Of a stretch of 64,000 nucleotides of DNA, positions 10,371-22,180 are shown piece after piece (position 1 is the stretch's first letter; each line of letters opens with the position of its first letter). The stretch lies in NCBI GenBank assembly GCA_963778115.1, contig CAVZSV010000004.1, positions 1,632,001 through 1,696,000 on the forward strand, given 5' to 3'. The notes beneath the pieces are model-generated. The model was given only the letters and a program-made list of their open reading frames with translations, was not told where the DNA came from and did not search any database. Both the position numbers and the translations under genes were made by a program. The DNA is from an uncultured delta proteobacterium. Its GTDB lineage: Bacteria > Bdellovibrionota > FAC87 > UBA2466.

Positions 10371-11092
10371 GGTCGATAGACCTCCTCCATGGAGTACATG
10401 CGAGCACTCGTTTGCTTAACCAAAAAGGCAGCGGCAAGGATAGCCCCTCGAGCAAAAGCCGCGCGATCAAAGACTTTGTGCTTAATCTCTATTTCCTCTT
10501 CATCCGATATCCAGCGGATCGAGTGTAACCCGATATTAGATCCGGCCCGTACCGCATTGACGTGGACCTGAGTAAAATGCTTTTCCGCCAGAAGCTTGAG
10601 CAGCGTCTTGGCCGTACCGCTTGGAGAATCTTTCTTATGCCGGTGGTGTTCGTCAAACAATTCCACGCTATTCACCCAAGACATCTTTTCGGCGACCGGT
10701 AACGATCGCAACATAGAAAAAACCACGTTCATTCCGGGACCCGTATTTGCCGATAACAGTACCGGATGCCGTGCCGAATATTCTTCAATCCGCTTAAGGT
10801 GAGCGTCCGTAAAACCCGTCGTACCTATTACCACCGGAGTGTCGATGGTCTCCAAAAGTGCCATCGTTCCCTCGGGGCGACTAAAATCTATCCAGGCGTG
10901 CACAGGCTCGCGCTTTGGCTCGGTCACTTTCCTTACTTGCACTCCTTCAACACTGCGGATTTGACAGGACTGGCTGACGGCGTCGGAGAGTTCAAACAGA
11001 TCTCCTTTATACGAAAACTCTTTCGACAAAAGGGTTGCTATCTCTAGGCCTGTCTTCCCCGTAGCTCCCATCAATCCGATTTTGTAGATCAC
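10367..11092 (-). CDS. dapB: 4-hydroxy-tetrahydrodipicolinate reductase
   Basis: GATGKTG, IDFS, VIGTTG, EHHRHKKDSPSGTA. Confidence 0.93.
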   Translation of the reverse strand: MIYKIGLMGATGKTGLEIATLLSKEFSYKGDLFELSDAVSQSCQIRSVEGVQVRKVTEPKREPVHAWIDFSRPEGTMALLETIDTPVVIGTTGFTDAHLKRIEEYSARHPVLLSANTGPGMNVVFSMLRSLPVAEKMSWVNSVELFDEHHRHKKDSPSGTAKTLLKLLAEKHFTQVHVNAVRAGSNIGLHSIRWISDEEEIEIKHKVFDRAAFARGAILAAAFLVKQTSARMYSMEEVYRP

Positions 11093-11985
11093 GATTTCAC
11101 TAGCTCCAGCTGTTTTAAGACCTCCGCTACCCGCTTCTGAGTCGGTTCGGTCGCATTAAGAAGGGGTAATCGAACATTTCGCTCCATCAGCCCCATCAGC
11201 TCTAAAGCATATTTTGCGGGTGAGGGATTGGTCTCCATGAACATGGCGTCGATAAGCGGTAACAACCGCTTCTGTCCGTCAAACGCCTTCTTCCAGTCTC
11301 CTTTTGAGGCTGCCGCAAAGATCTCAACGAATCGGCCAGGCGCCACATTCGCCGTAGCAGATATCGTCCCAGAGCCTCCCATGGCGAGTGTTGTCGCAAA
11401 AGCATCATCGTCACCCGCCATAAGTGCCGTGCGATCCAGATTTAAGCGCGACGCCAAAGTTAACCACTGGTGATGGACGCCACTAGCCTCTTTTATTCCA
11501 ATGATACGTTCGTGTTGGCAAAGTGTCTCCACCGTCGTGGTGTTTAAATTAACCGCCGTACGTCCCGGAACATTGTAAAGAAAGATAGGGATTTCCGAAG
11601 CCTCTGCAATCGCTTCATAGTGAGCGATAAGGCCCGCTTGAGTCGGTTTATTATAATAAGGAGTCGCCACTAAGACGGCATCGCATCCCAAAGTGGCCGC
11701 TTCCGATACCAATTGAATGACCGCCGGAGTCGAGTTTCCACTACACCCCCCTATTACTTTTAACTTGTGGCGATCGGCTACTTGCCTAGCGAGCATTAGA
11801 AGACGCTTTCGCTCATCGGCGAGTACGGTGGGAGACTCCCCTGTCGTCGCAACGGGAACAAACCCGTGAACTCCTTCGCTGGCCAGAAATTCCAAATGTT
11901 TTTCAAAGGCTGAAAAGCAGACCGCCCCTTTGCTATCGAAAGGAGTCACTGTGGCCGGGTAAATACCTTTCCAAGTGGTATTCAT
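11089..11985 (-). CDS. dapA: 4-hydroxy-tetrahydrodipicolinate synthase
   Basis: TTGES, PYYNKP, YNVPGRT, IKEASG, ETNPSPAK. Confidence 0.95.
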   Translation of the reverse strand: MNTTWKGIYPATVTPFDSKGAVCFSAFEKHLEFLASEGVHGFVPVATTGESPTVLADERKRLLMLARQVADRHKLKVIGGCSGNSTPAVIQLVSEAATLGCDAVLVATPYYNKPTQAGLIAHYEAIAEASEIPIFLYNVPGRTAVNLNTTTVETLCQHERIIGIKEASGVHHQWLTLASRLNLDRTALMAGDDDAFATTLAMGGSGTISATANVAPGRFVEIFAAASKGDWKKAFDGQKRLLPLIDAMFMETNPSPAKYALELMGLMERNVRLPLLNATEPTQKRVAEVLKQLELVKS

Positions 11986-12845
11986 AGGGCAGCTCCTTCA
12001 AAGGGTTTTCGAGATACAAAATCGTCGGGAATGTCTTCGAGTCGCACGTGAAAGGCGTAATCGGTAGGTCCTTTCAAGAGTAGCTTTTTGACCGTCGGGC
12101 TGAGATCAACATGAAGATCTCCTCCAGGGACTGAGACCAAGATAGGTAGCGGTTGCATGTAGAGTTGTGAATACACCAAAGCTGCCGCAGCCGCCCCTGT
12201 TCCACAGGCCAGGGTCTCTTTTTCTACTCCACGTTCAAAAGTCGTCGCCAAAATTTGCTGGCCCATATTGCCTTGAAAGAAAGTAACGTTGGTTCCTTCG
12301 GGCGCGAAAGCGGCATGACCCACCAAGAATTTTCCGACTTTGGTAATGGGGTACTTTCGGATATCGGTGACTTCCAAAACGGCATGAGGGACGCCCGTAT
12401 CGATACAGTACAATCGAAGGGCTGTGTCGTCCATTTTGATAATCTTTTCCCAGAAGTCTATCCGTTTGAGTCCCTCTTCAATGAGAGTGATCTCTACCTG
12501 TCCGTCATCCCCCATCGGGCGTCCCTTGATGACCCCTACTTTCGTTTCAATGGTGATCACATCTTCCAAAGGAAAGTACTTATCGGCCAAAAATCTAACC
12601 ACGCATCGAGCGGCGTTCCCACACATCCCCGCTTCCGACCCGTCACAATTAAAGAATCTCCACTCGCAATGCTTCCCGCGCCCTTTGGCCAAGACCACTA
12701 GGCCATCGGCCCCAAGACCAAAATTTCTATCGCACAAGTAGACGATCTCTTCTTTCTTGAGCGGGATAAAGCCATCTTCTTTCATGCAATCCAGCAGCAG
12801 AAAGTCATTGCCGGCGCCATTCATTTTGAAGAAAGAGAGCGACAT
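11982..12845 (-). CDS. dapF: Diaminopimelate epimerase
   Basis: KMNGAGNDF, MCGNAARC, DTGVPHAV, ERGVEKETLACGTG. Confidence 0.96.
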   Translation of the reverse strand: MSLSFFKMNGAGNDFLLLDCMKEDGFIPLKKEEIVYLCDRNFGLGADGLVVLAKGRGKHCEWRFFNCDGSEAGMCGNAARCVVRFLADKYFPLEDVITIETKVGVIKGRPMGDDGQVEITLIEEGLKRIDFWEKIIKMDDTALRLYCIDTGVPHAVLEVTDIRKYPITKVGKFLVGHAAFAPEGTNVTFFQGNMGQQILATTFERGVEKETLACGTGAAAAALVYSQLYMQPLPILVSVPGGDLHVDLSPTVKKLLLKGPTDYAFHVRLEDIPDDFVSRKPFEGAAL

Positions 12846-13099
12846 TATTTTCCCCCATTAGCGTCCAGTGCATCCTCTTTCGACGGGGATGACGGATTGT
12901 GAGTAGATGAAGATTCGATTACGGGGGGAGACGTTTCCGTTTGCGGCGCACGTTGAGAAACGGGTCTTGTAGGATAAGCATCGACGTAGGGCACCGGATC
13001 CCCCTTAACCCCGCACCCTACCATTCCTAAGAGCGAAGTCATTGCGCCGATAATCATATAGTTGAAGTAGTTCCGCAGTCTATGTAGGCAGCCCGTCAT
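12845..13099 (-). CDS. Small lipoprotein, LptM/YifL(LppL)-like
   Basis: Lipobox VGC followed by GVKGDPVP (cf. CGxKGPLY). Immediately upstream of dapF. Start uncertain. Confidence 0.6.
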   Translation of the reverse strand: MTGCLHRLRNYFNYMIIGAMTSLLGMVGCGVKGDPVPYVDAYPTRPVSQRAPQTETSPPVIESSSTHNPSSPSKEDALDANGGK

Positions 13100-13163
13100 C
13101 TATGCCCTCAAGTATCATCTAGGCAAAAACGGCGCAAGATGCTCAAAATATTGGGCCGAATCT

Positions 13164-14372
13164 CTAACGTGCCAAGCGGGTAATAACTTCGACTACTTGG
13201 TTGATTCCGTGACGCAAAAGCTCCTCCTCGATAACCAACGGAGGGGCGATTCTAATGACGTGATCGTGGGTCTCTTTACAAAGCACCCCAACTCTAGCTA
13301 AAGCCTCACAAAAGCGCCTAGCCCCTCCTAGAGACGGGTCTAATTCAATTCCAATGAGGAAACCACTACCCCGAACCTCCCGAACTTTCGGAAGTTTCTC
13401 ACGCTTTAGCGCTTCTAAAGCGAGGTCCCCTAGCACTTGGGCCCTATCCGAGAATTTGCCCTCCCGCAAAAGGTGAAGCACGGACCTTCCCACGGCAGCG
13501 GCAAGAGGATTACCCCCGAAAGTAGAGCCGTGCTGTCCCGGACGAATAACGTCCATCACTTGATGGGTCGAAACCATCGCCGAAACGGGGAGCAACCCTC
13601 CTCCTAACGATTTACCTAGGATAAGCACATCGGGAGTGATGCCTTCGTGCTGGAAACAGAAGTCCTTTCCGGTTCTCCCCATTCCCGTTTGAATTTCGTC
13701 GAGAATGAGCAAAATACCGCGTTGCGTACACAGTTCACGGAGCTTCTTGAGATAGCCCGCAGGGGGGATAAGAATTCCGGCCTCGGCCTGAACGGGTTCG
13801 ACCAACACGCCGACAGTGTCCTCGTCAATGGCTTCCTCTACGGCGTCAATATCCCCAAAACGGACGACTTCGAATCCGGAGACAAAAGGACCAAACCCAT
13901 TCTTGTAGGTCGGCTCGGTCGAAAAGGACACGATGGCGATCGATCTCCCGTGAAACGAGTTTTCCATTACGATTATCTTGGCTCGATTTTCAGGAATTCG
14001 TTTTTTTTCGTAGCCCCATTTTCTAGTGATCTTAAGCGCCGTTTCCACGGCTTCCGTTCCGCTATTCATCGCGAGCACCGTTTCTAAACCACAGAATTCA
14101 GCTAACTCCTTGGAGAAAAACGCCAGCTCCTCACTATAAAATGCTCTCGAACACACCGCGAGCCGCTTCAATTGCGATTCCATCGCTCTGACGATAGCCG
14201 GATGTTGGTGCCCGAAATTTAATGCCGAGTAACAAGAGAGAAAATCCAGATACTCTTTGCCGTCCAGATCCCAAACCTTGGCCCCTTCGCCCCTGGTCAA
14301 AACCACGTCGAGAGGATGGTAGTTATGGGCGCCATACCGTTCCATCATCTGAATTAATTCTTTTGAGTTCAT
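13164..14372 (-). CDS. rocD: Ornithine--oxo-acid aminotransferase
   Basis: GAHNYHPL, YSALNFGH, DEIQTGMGRTG, HGSTFGGNPLA, KETHDHVIRIAPPL. Confidence 0.95.
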   Translation of the reverse strand: MNSKELIQMMERYGAHNYHPLDVVLTRGEGAKVWDLDGKEYLDFLSCYSALNFGHQHPAIVRAMESQLKRLAVCSRAFYSEELAFFSKELAEFCGLETVLAMNSGTEAVETALKITRKWGYEKKRIPENRAKIIVMENSFHGRSIAIVSFSTEPTYKNGFGPFVSGFEVVRFGDIDAVEEAIDEDTVGVLVEPVQAEAGILIPPAGYLKKLRELCTQRGILLILDEIQTGMGRTGKDFCFQHEGITPDVLILGKSLGGGLLPVSAMVSTHQVMDVIRPGQHGSTFGGNPLAAAVGRSVLHLLREGKFSDRAQVLGDLALEALKREKLPKVREVRGSGFLIGIELDPSLGGARRFCEALARVGVLCKETHDHVIRIAPPLVIEEELLRHGINQVVEVITRLAR

Positions 14373-14515
14373 GGGAGGTTATTATCGCAAAACGGGGGTG
14401 TTGGCGAGGGCTTCACTCTAACCCCCGTCCAAAGGACGCTCTTGTTAGGGACTAATCTTAAGATTTATCCCTAATCCTCATTGATTTTCTTTTAAACCAA
14501 TGTGATGACTCCGCC

Positions 14516-15079
14516 ATGGGTTTTTACCTAGAATTACGCAAAGCAGTTGTCGATGGCTCTATCGAATTTCGGGAGCAGGTCCCGCCCCCGGTTTTTTGGT
14601 TACTTTATTTCGTCGCAGGATTTGCATTAGTTTGCATGGGAGCGGCCGCCTATGCCCTCTTGGGGGACCTCGTCCGATCGGGGTCCTTTTGGGATGTCTT
14701 GATCGTGGCCGTCATTCTATCGGCGGTTCCTCTTTATCTATTGCTGGGATTGAAACTAATGAGTCTTCGCAAAAAGGTCTTGTTCACTGACGATAAGATC
14801 ACTTGTGGATTCCAATGGCGAAAGCGGCTTTTTTTTCGAGTCGAAGTGCCTCATTCAGATGCCCGTGAAGTGGTAATACTTAATCAACGTCCCGCTCCCA
14901 ACGTGGCCCCTAGCCATCACGATGACAGGCAATATTACATCAGAGGACACTGGCGAGTCGGCATTCAATTAAAGAATGGCAAGACCGTTATTCTGGACAG
15001 ACATACGGAGAAAGAGGCTTTGGAACCTCTGCGGCTTCAATTGGAAAATTGGATTACCGGTGCTTATCGTCGGGATTAA
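14516..15079 (+). CDS. Hypothetical membrane protein (two TM helices plus soluble C-terminal domain)
   Basis: 187-aa ORF with two hydrophobic helices. Confidence 0.7.
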   Translation: MGFYLELRKAVVDGSIEFREQVPPPVFWLLYFVAGFALVCMGAAAYALLGDLVRSGSFWDVLIVAVILSAVPLYLLLGLKLMSLRKKVLFTDDKITCGFQWRKRLFFRVEVPHSDAREVVILNQRPAPNVAPSHHDDRQYYIRGHWRVGIQLKNGKTVILDRHTEKEALEPLRLQLENWITGAYRRD

Positions 15080-17498
15080 GGCTTAGCGTTTCTCGAGTAA
15101 CCGCGCCTTCGGTAACTTTATATTCGCGAGTAACATCGATACCTAAAACTTCGTTTTTCAAGTGTACTTTGTGACGAACATTGGCCCTAAGAGGAATACT
15201 GACGATTTCTCCCCCACGCGCATATTCGGAGAAATTAGCATCAGGGACTTCGATGTTTACTCCAGGATTAACGGTCAACTCAAGATTTCCCATCGGAATC
15301 TTTTTCAGCGTTTCATAAAGTTTTTTATTCTGAGCGTTCATCACTACATTTTCGGAAGCGGACTCAAACCCCTCGTGAATCATGGTGACATTAAAATCTC
15401 TACCGCAAGGAAGTCCTAAGGTCGTAGGAGTGCTGCCTTTAGTCTGATTGTTAATAGTAACGGTGGCTCCTCGCGGATCGCTATCGATATTGATCGTACA
15501 TTCATTCGCCACATGACGAACGGGATCGGGAGTCTTCTGAGAATCGTCGGCGATGGGTTGCTTTTTGTCGCCCTTCGTAGAGGAATATTTCGAAATCATT
15601 CCATCCATGAAGCTGGGCAGCCCTCCCGCAAGATAAACGCGCCACACTTTAAACGTTCCTATTAAGATAGCGACAAGGACAAGTGCCGTAAGCAATCCTC
15701 TAAGAACGGTTACCACCGACGAAGTGGAATCGTCCCGTTCGGGAGGAAATGCCGTAGAAGTATCAAACTCGGGTTCGTTCCGTCTGGAAACCACAGGCGT
15801 CGATTCACTTAGAGTTAAATGGCCATCAGAATTATCGGTAAAGCTACTCGGCAATTCCGAATCTTTCGAGCTGACTTCGCTCAACCGACTAATAGAACGC
15901 TCCCGTCGGCCTGGAGCGACGTTAGTCCCGCTGTTTTCCAAACTAACCCCGGACGCTGGAAGAGAGGTCTTGGGAAAGCGGGCTTGACCTCTCAGCTCTT
16001 CCTTGCGTGACTCTGTGGCTCCCTCGGTGGGAGTTCCCACACTTGGTTCGCCGGCATCGGTAAACATCGAGATAGAATTTTCAACTACGGTCTTTTCATT
16101 CTGTTCAAGGGGCTCGGTAGCCGTAGCTGGCTGATTTTGGGCTACCTTACCCTGAGCTCGAGTAGCGGGCATGGTCTCGTCAGAAAATTCAGGAATGACG
16201 TATTCGTTTTTCGTTTCGCCCTGAATCCCGCCTATGCTTTTTTCCTCGCTTAAGGGATCGTTATTTAGACTCACTTTGCTCCGTGAGGGATCCGCGGCTG
16301 AAAGTCCTTCGCTGCCCACATCAAAGGGAATCTCAGAAGGCATGACGTCTGAGTTCTCTTCGAAATTGGTCTCTCCGGTTTTCTCCACAGCTTCCGAGCG
16401 AGTGATGTCTTCCTCGTCTCGAGAGCGACTCGATTGGTTACTTGCTTCTGAACGCTCGTCACTTGAATCCGAATCGTCCTCACCATGGTTGTCGTCTAAT
16501 TTAGCTCCTTGAGAGAAGGGAATCGATTGGCGATAGATCTGCTCAAACCTCTTTTTCTCAGACGTTATTTCCTCTTTAAAAACTCTGAGCATCGCATCGG
16601 CCAGATCTTTTTGAGTAAAAGATCCGTAATGCTTATTGAGAAACTCCTGAAGGTGACGGTGCATATCACCGGCACTCTGGTAACGAAGGCCGAGATCTTT
16701 GGTAAGGCCTTTCATCACTATCTTTTCTAATTCCGGAGGGACTTTCGGATTAATTCTAGAAGGTGGTGAAATAAGGCACTCTTGAATCAACTTCAGAGTA
16801 GCCATGTCATTCTCAGCGGCGAAGAGCCGCTTCGACGTCAAAAGCTCATAAAGAATGATGGTTGTCGAAAAAATATCCGTCCGATGATCGACCGACTCTC
16901 CGTTTGCTTGTTCCGGAGACATATATCCAAATTTCCCTTTGATAACACCGGAGCGCGTTTCATCCACACGGTCCTTTGCCTTCGCGATTCCAAAATCGAC
17001 GATTTTGACACTTCCCTCGTAGGAGAGCATCACGTTCTGCGGAGACATATCGCGATGGATAATATTCAGTGGCCGATTAGTGAGATCGTCTCTCTTCTTG
17101 TGCGCATATTCGAGTCCCTTACAAACTTCGGCGACGATGTAGACTCCAAACTCGATCGGCAATGCAAAGCCGATCTTTTTCATTTTATTGATAAATTGTC
17201 TTAGATTCTTGCCATCGACATACTCCATCGCCAGCAGGTAGGTATCGCTCGACTTAACGAAATCATAAATTTGCACGATATTGGAATGCGTGAGCATGCT
17301 GCTCAAACGCGCTTCGTATTCGAACATTCGCCGGAACTCTTCATTTTGGCTGTAATTGGGAAGAATTCTTTTGATCGCTAATTGTTTTTCAAAACCTCCA
17401 GCACCACTTGCCTTCGCGCGATACACTTCCGCCATCCCGCCCATCGCAAGACGTTCCAACAGAAGGTATTTTCCAATTTTGAATGGCTTGAAATCCAA
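15054..17498 (-). CDS. Hanks-type Ser/Thr protein kinase with TM helix and periplasmic PEGA domain
   Basis: GGMAEVY, AIKR, HRDMSPQN, DFGIAK, GYMSPEQ; long acidic linker; TM helix; IDSDPRGATVTIN..KGSTP (PEGA). Confidence 0.93.
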   Translation of the reverse strand: MDFKPFKIGKYLLLERLAMGGMAEVYRAKASGAGGFEKQLAIKRILPNYSQNEEFRRMFEYEARLSSMLTHSNIVQIYDFVKSSDTYLLAMEYVDGKNLRQFINKMKKIGFALPIEFGVYIVAEVCKGLEYAHKKRDDLTNRPLNIIHRDMSPQNVMLSYEGSVKIVDFGIAKAKDRVDETRSGVIKGKFGYMSPEQANGESVDHRTDIFSTTIILYELLTSKRLFAAENDMATLKLIQECLISPPSRINPKVPPELEKIVMKGLTKDLGLRYQSAGDMHRHLQEFLNKHYGSFTQKDLADAMLRVFKEEITSEKKRFEQIYRQSIPFSQGAKLDDNHGEDDSDSSDERSEASNQSSRSRDEEDITRSEAVEKTGETNFEENSDVMPSEIPFDVGSEGLSAADPSRSKVSLNNDPLSEEKSIGGIQGETKNEYVIPEFSDETMPATRAQGKVAQNQPATATEPLEQNEKTVVENSISMFTDAGEPSVGTPTEGATESRKEELRGQARFPKTSLPASGVSLENSGTNVAPGRRERSISRLSEVSSKDSELPSSFTDNSDGHLTLSESTPVVSRRNEPEFDTSTAFPPERDDSTSSVVTVLRGLLTALVLVAILIGTFKVWRVYLAGGLPSFMDGMISKYSSTKGDKKQPIADDSQKTPDPVRHVANECTINIDSDPRGATVTINNQTKGSTPTTLGLPCGRDFNVTMIHEGFESASENVVMNAQNKKLYETLKKIPMGNLELTVNPGVNIEVPDANFSEYARGGEIVSIPLRANVRHKVHLKNEVLGIDVTREYKVTEGAVTRETLSLNPDDKHR

Positions 17499-17863
17499 GC
17501 GATTCCCTTCCCATTAACCAACCGGCCGATCGCAAAGTCCCATTAACGTTTTCGGCTTAAAATCAAAGAAAATTGACCCCTTCCGCGTCCTAAATAGGCG
17601 GTGACTCTTAAAAAAAGTCGCTGTATAGTTTCATGAATTAGACTTTGCGTGTTATCCCGCAGAACTGATAGCAGCAGCTGAAATAGAGATATACGCCGCG
17701 GCAACGAAACACAGAATTTACGGCACCTTGCCCGGCACAATGCCCGACTAATTTCGGCACAATAGTCAGCTATCCTGATGGGAACCGTAGAGAATTTCAT
17801 GAAATTTGCCTTATTTGGGTACGCTTTGTGTCTTACTTCAGTAAGGCGGTTAGGTTAGGTTAA

Positions 17864-18931
<1,068 letters not shown>

Positions 18932-18936
18932 TTCCA

Positions 18937-19488
18937 ATGAAACTTTTCGCTTTCGCAGGGTCGCTTCGAAAAGATTCTTTAAATTTTAAGCTGACATCGC
19001 TTGCGGCTTCTGTTGCCAGTCGATCAGGCCAGACCGTGGATCTGGTGCCCTTCAAAGAGTTTGAAATGCCTTGCTACGACGGAGATATCGAAGCTTCGAC
19101 GGGCATTCCCGAAGGTGCCAACCGGTTGAAAGATAAAATCATCGGTAACCACGCTCTCATCATTGCTACCCCGACGTATAACTACTCAGTTCCAGGTACG
19201 CTCAAGAACGCGGTAGATTGGGTTTCCCGCCACCGTCCCATGCCTTTTTCCGGAAAGCCCGTCCTGCTATTAGGGGCCTCTCCTTCACCACTGGGAAGCC
19301 TCCTAGGTATTTTTGCCCTGCGCAGTTCCCTTGAGGGACTGGGCTGTCTGGTCTTTCCGACGGTATTTTCTTTGGTATCCGCCGAGAAGGCCTTCGATGC
19401 CTCGGGATCGCTCGTCGAAAAAGGGAATGCGGAGAGGCTCGAGAAGCTAGTGAAGGACTTTTTGGTGTTCGCGGGCAAGTTTAGTTAA
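18937..19488 (+). CDS. NADPH-dependent FMN reductase
   Basis: GSLRKDS, TPTYNYSVPGTLKNAVDWVSR. Confidence 0.92.
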   Translation: MKLFAFAGSLRKDSLNFKLTSLAASVASRSGQTVDLVPFKEFEMPCYDGDIEASTGIPEGANRLKDKIIGNHALIIATPTYNYSVPGTLKNAVDWVSRHRPMPFSGKPVLLLGASPSPLGSLLGIFALRSSLEGLGCLVFPTVFSLVSAEKAFDASGSLVEKGNAERLEKLVKDFLVFAGKFS

Positions 19489-19506
19489 CAAACCACCGTC
19501 CGAAGC

Positions 19507-20904
19507 TTATCCCTCGTAGTTGCTCCAGCTAGGCTCCGTACAATCCCTACCCTCGGGAGAAATCTTTCTTTTTACCGTTCCGTCCATCGTCATCACGTAT
19601 ACTGAATTCGATCCGCCTTCATTGTTGAAAAACGTAAGATGCCTTCCCGTCGGGGCCCATGACGGATTCTCCGTTGAAACACTCCTGCCGCTGGACCGCT
19701 CTCCGGCCGTCAGTCGAGTCAAGTTGTTCCCGTCCGGATCGATAAGGTAAAGATCAAAATTACCTTCCGCAAGTCGTTGGGCCGCAAAGACGATCTTGTC
19801 CCCTTTGGGAGACCAAGCTGGAGTCGCGTTATATTTGCCTGCGAAAGTCAGTTGATTTCCGATTTTGGACCCCACATCCACGGTAAAGATCATGGGGTTT
19901 CCAGTGCGCGCACTGGAAAACACAATCTTACTAGCGTCGGGCGACCATGAAGGTTCTACGTCAAAAAGAGTTGCCGCAAACACCGTCTGAAATCCGTCTC
20001 CACCAACTCGACGAATATTCAGGTTTCTTGAAAAAGGAACAGGATCGCCAATACCGTTGGGGTTAATGAAATAGATTTCAGGCCGTCCATTAAAGCTAAG
20101 AGTAATAGCGATGCGATCTCCTTTGGGTGACCACGCGGCTCCGCTATTCATTCCCTCGCGCGAGGAGAGGGCTTTTCTTTCACCCGTCGCCAAACTATGA
20201 CGTTTTAGAACCGTGCCTCTCTTTCCATTTCGCGCTGTGGTGTACTGTGTGTACAAAAGATACTTCGAATCGGGTGACCATGACGGACTTAGGGTTAACG
20301 TATTATCGGAAGTAAGTTGGGTAAGATTTCTTCCATCGGGATCCACAACATACACCTCTTTGGAGTTCTTTCGTGAACCTGTCCCCCGACACACCATTGC
20401 TATACGACTGAAGAAAAGGCCCTTTTCTCCGCTAAGTTGTTTAAGCACATCTTCAGCCATGGCGTGTACGACGCGGTAGTACTGAGTCAGCGGATAGGAA
20501 TACCTGGTTCCAAAGATCTTTTTCTGTCCCGGAATATCAAATAGTAAAGCTTCCAGGACAAGCTTCGAGCCCTCGATCTTAGCACCTAGTTTTATGACAA
20601 ACGCGACGCCTTTTGCCGTCCACTCGTCATATTTTGGAGAATAAAGATCTTTGGCTTGATCCAGATCGGCGAAAGAGTCTTGAGGAACAAATTCGAAGAG
20701 ATTGGCTAATTCTAAATCCGAATGAACTTGGGTATCGATATTATCCAAAATATCCTGGCCTACCGTCGCTCCTGAAAGTGGATGCACATGAGTGAGGGCT
20801 AATTTGGCTTTCTTGAAATTGGAAGCCGTCACACTGATGTAGATGCCTGCCTGGCTACTAGCGGCATAAAGGAATAAAAACACAATCAAGGATGTCCGTT
20901 TCAT
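19507..20904 (-). CDS. tolB: Tol-Pal beta-propeller protein
   Basis: Signal peptide, repeated PSWSPD (PD40) motifs, position after tolQRA. Confidence 0.9.
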   Translation of the reverse strand: MKRTSLIVFLFLYAASSQAGIYISVTASNFKKAKLALTHVHPLSGATVGQDILDNIDTQVHSDLELANLFEFVPQDSFADLDQAKDLYSPKYDEWTAKGVAFVIKLGAKIEGSKLVLEALLFDIPGQKKIFGTRYSYPLTQYYRVVHAMAEDVLKQLSGEKGLFFSRIAMVCRGTGSRKNSKEVYVVDPDGRNLTQLTSDNTLTLSPSWSPDSKYLLYTQYTTARNGKRGTVLKRHSLATGERKALSSREGMNSGAAWSPKGDRIAITLSFNGRPEIYFINPNGIGDPVPFSRNLNIRRVGGDGFQTVFAATLFDVEPSWSPDASKIVFSSARTGNPMIFTVDVGSKIGNQLTFAGKYNATPAWSPKGDKIVFAAQRLAEGNFDLYLIDPDGNNLTRLTAGERSSGRSVSTENPSWAPTGRHLTFFNNEGGSNSVYVMTMDGTVKRKISPEGRDCTEPSWSNYEG

Positions 20905-21749
20905 GGTTTCTCCGGTCTGAATTCGATGGTAATCCCGTCGTCTATGATGGAACTGTCTGCTGGCGTCGGCAAGGGTTGAGCATCGTCAATCGCTTCCAAT
21001 ACCGCTGAGTCGTAGGAAGCATCGCCCGACGATTTGACGATTTTCTTACTCCTCACCCTGCCTGTCGTGGGGAAAAGTTCAATATGAACGACGCTCACCA
21101 ACTTTTTCTTCTGCAACCATGAATAGGGATTGAAGTGTTCATGGATAGCCTGCGAAACCAATGCTCCATATTGATCTTTGGAGGTTCCAATCATACCCAC
21201 GGTCGAAGCCCCTTTGGATATGATATTGCCGGAGATCTGCTGCCTTCCTCTCTGCATCCCTTTATTTATCGCAATGGAGTTAAGTGCTGCTTCTCGGTCG
21301 GCTTCCTCTTTAAGATGTTTGAGAATCTTATCCTCTTCCGCTTTGCGCACCTTGTCTTTCTTGAGCGCCGCTTCGGCATCCATCTGCTTGCGTTTGGCTT
21401 CGATAGCAGCGGTATTTTCTTTGGGCATCGTCATCGTATCGCTGGGAGAAGGTGCTACCGGAGTTGGGGCAACGGCTCCTCCAGGCTTTGGCATCACGGG
21501 CAAACTCATATCCAACGACTGTTTTTCGTTGGGCAGAGCGTCTGGCAACGCAACTACGTCGACCTGAATAAAGCTTTGATAAACCTGCTTGGTGGGCTCC
21601 GATTTATGAAAGAAGGGAAATAGCCCCCAATTATCAAGAACGTGAAAGCTGATAAGCAGGGCAGGAACACCAATGTGAAGGGCAACAGAAAGCAGTAGCG
21701 CGGAGCTGGGGACGTTAAAAAACTCCTGCTCCATCACATCGGAAGCCAT
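20901..21749 (-). CDS. tolA: TolA-like protein (TM anchor, linker, TonB_C-type C-terminal domain)
   Basis: SVALH TM motif, Lys/Glu helical region, SSGDASYDSAVLEAI...QPLPTP. Confidence 0.8.
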   Translation of the reverse strand: MASDVMEQEFFNVPSSALLLSVALHIGVPALLISFHVLDNWGLFPFFHKSEPTKQVYQSFIQVDVVALPDALPNEKQSLDMSLPVMPKPGGAVAPTPVAPSPSDTMTMPKENTAAIEAKRKQMDAEAALKKDKVRKAEEDKILKHLKEEADREAALNSIAINKGMQRGRQQISGNIISKGASTVGMIGTSKDQYGALVSQAIHEHFNPYSWLQKKKLVSVVHIELFPTTGRVRSKKIVKSSGDASYDSAVLEAIDDAQPLPTPADSSIIDDGITIEFRPEKP

Positions 21750-21752
21750 CGT

Positions 21753-22178
21753 CTATTTTCCTTGTTCTTCGGGAGGAAGCGTCACCAGCCCGATCTTATT
21801 TACTCCGGCACTCTTTACGGTTGCCATGGTTTGCGCCACAAAGGCGTAGGGGAGCGCTCCATCGGCACGAATAAAAATTTCGCGTTCGGCCCGAGTTCTA
21901 AAAAAGGCAATGAGTCGGCCCTTTAATTCGGAAACCGGTACCTCTTCTTTGTTCAAAAAGACCTTAGACTCTTTGGTAATATTCAAGGTCACCGGCTGCT
22001 GATCCGTCTTGGGAAGAGCCTTAGCCGAGGCTTTAGGCAATTGAATGGGGATTCCACTTTCCAACAGTGGTGCAGTCACCATGAAGATTACCAGGAGCAC
22101 CAACATCACATCCACTAATGGCGTGATATTGATGTCTGCTACAGGACCTGAATCGTCGCTATTTCGGAACGCTCCCAT
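21753..22178 (-). CDS. tolR: TolR/ExbD
   Basis: INITPLVDVMLVLLVIFMVTAP, IRAD. Confidence 0.92.
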   Translation of the reverse strand: MGAFRNSDDSGPVADINITPLVDVMLVLLVIFMVTAPLLESGIPIQLPKASAKALPKTDQQPVTLNITKESKVFLNKEEVPVSELKGRLIAFFRTRAEREIFIRADGALPYAFVAQTMATVKSAGVNKIGLVTLPPEEQGK

Positions 22179-22180
22179 GT

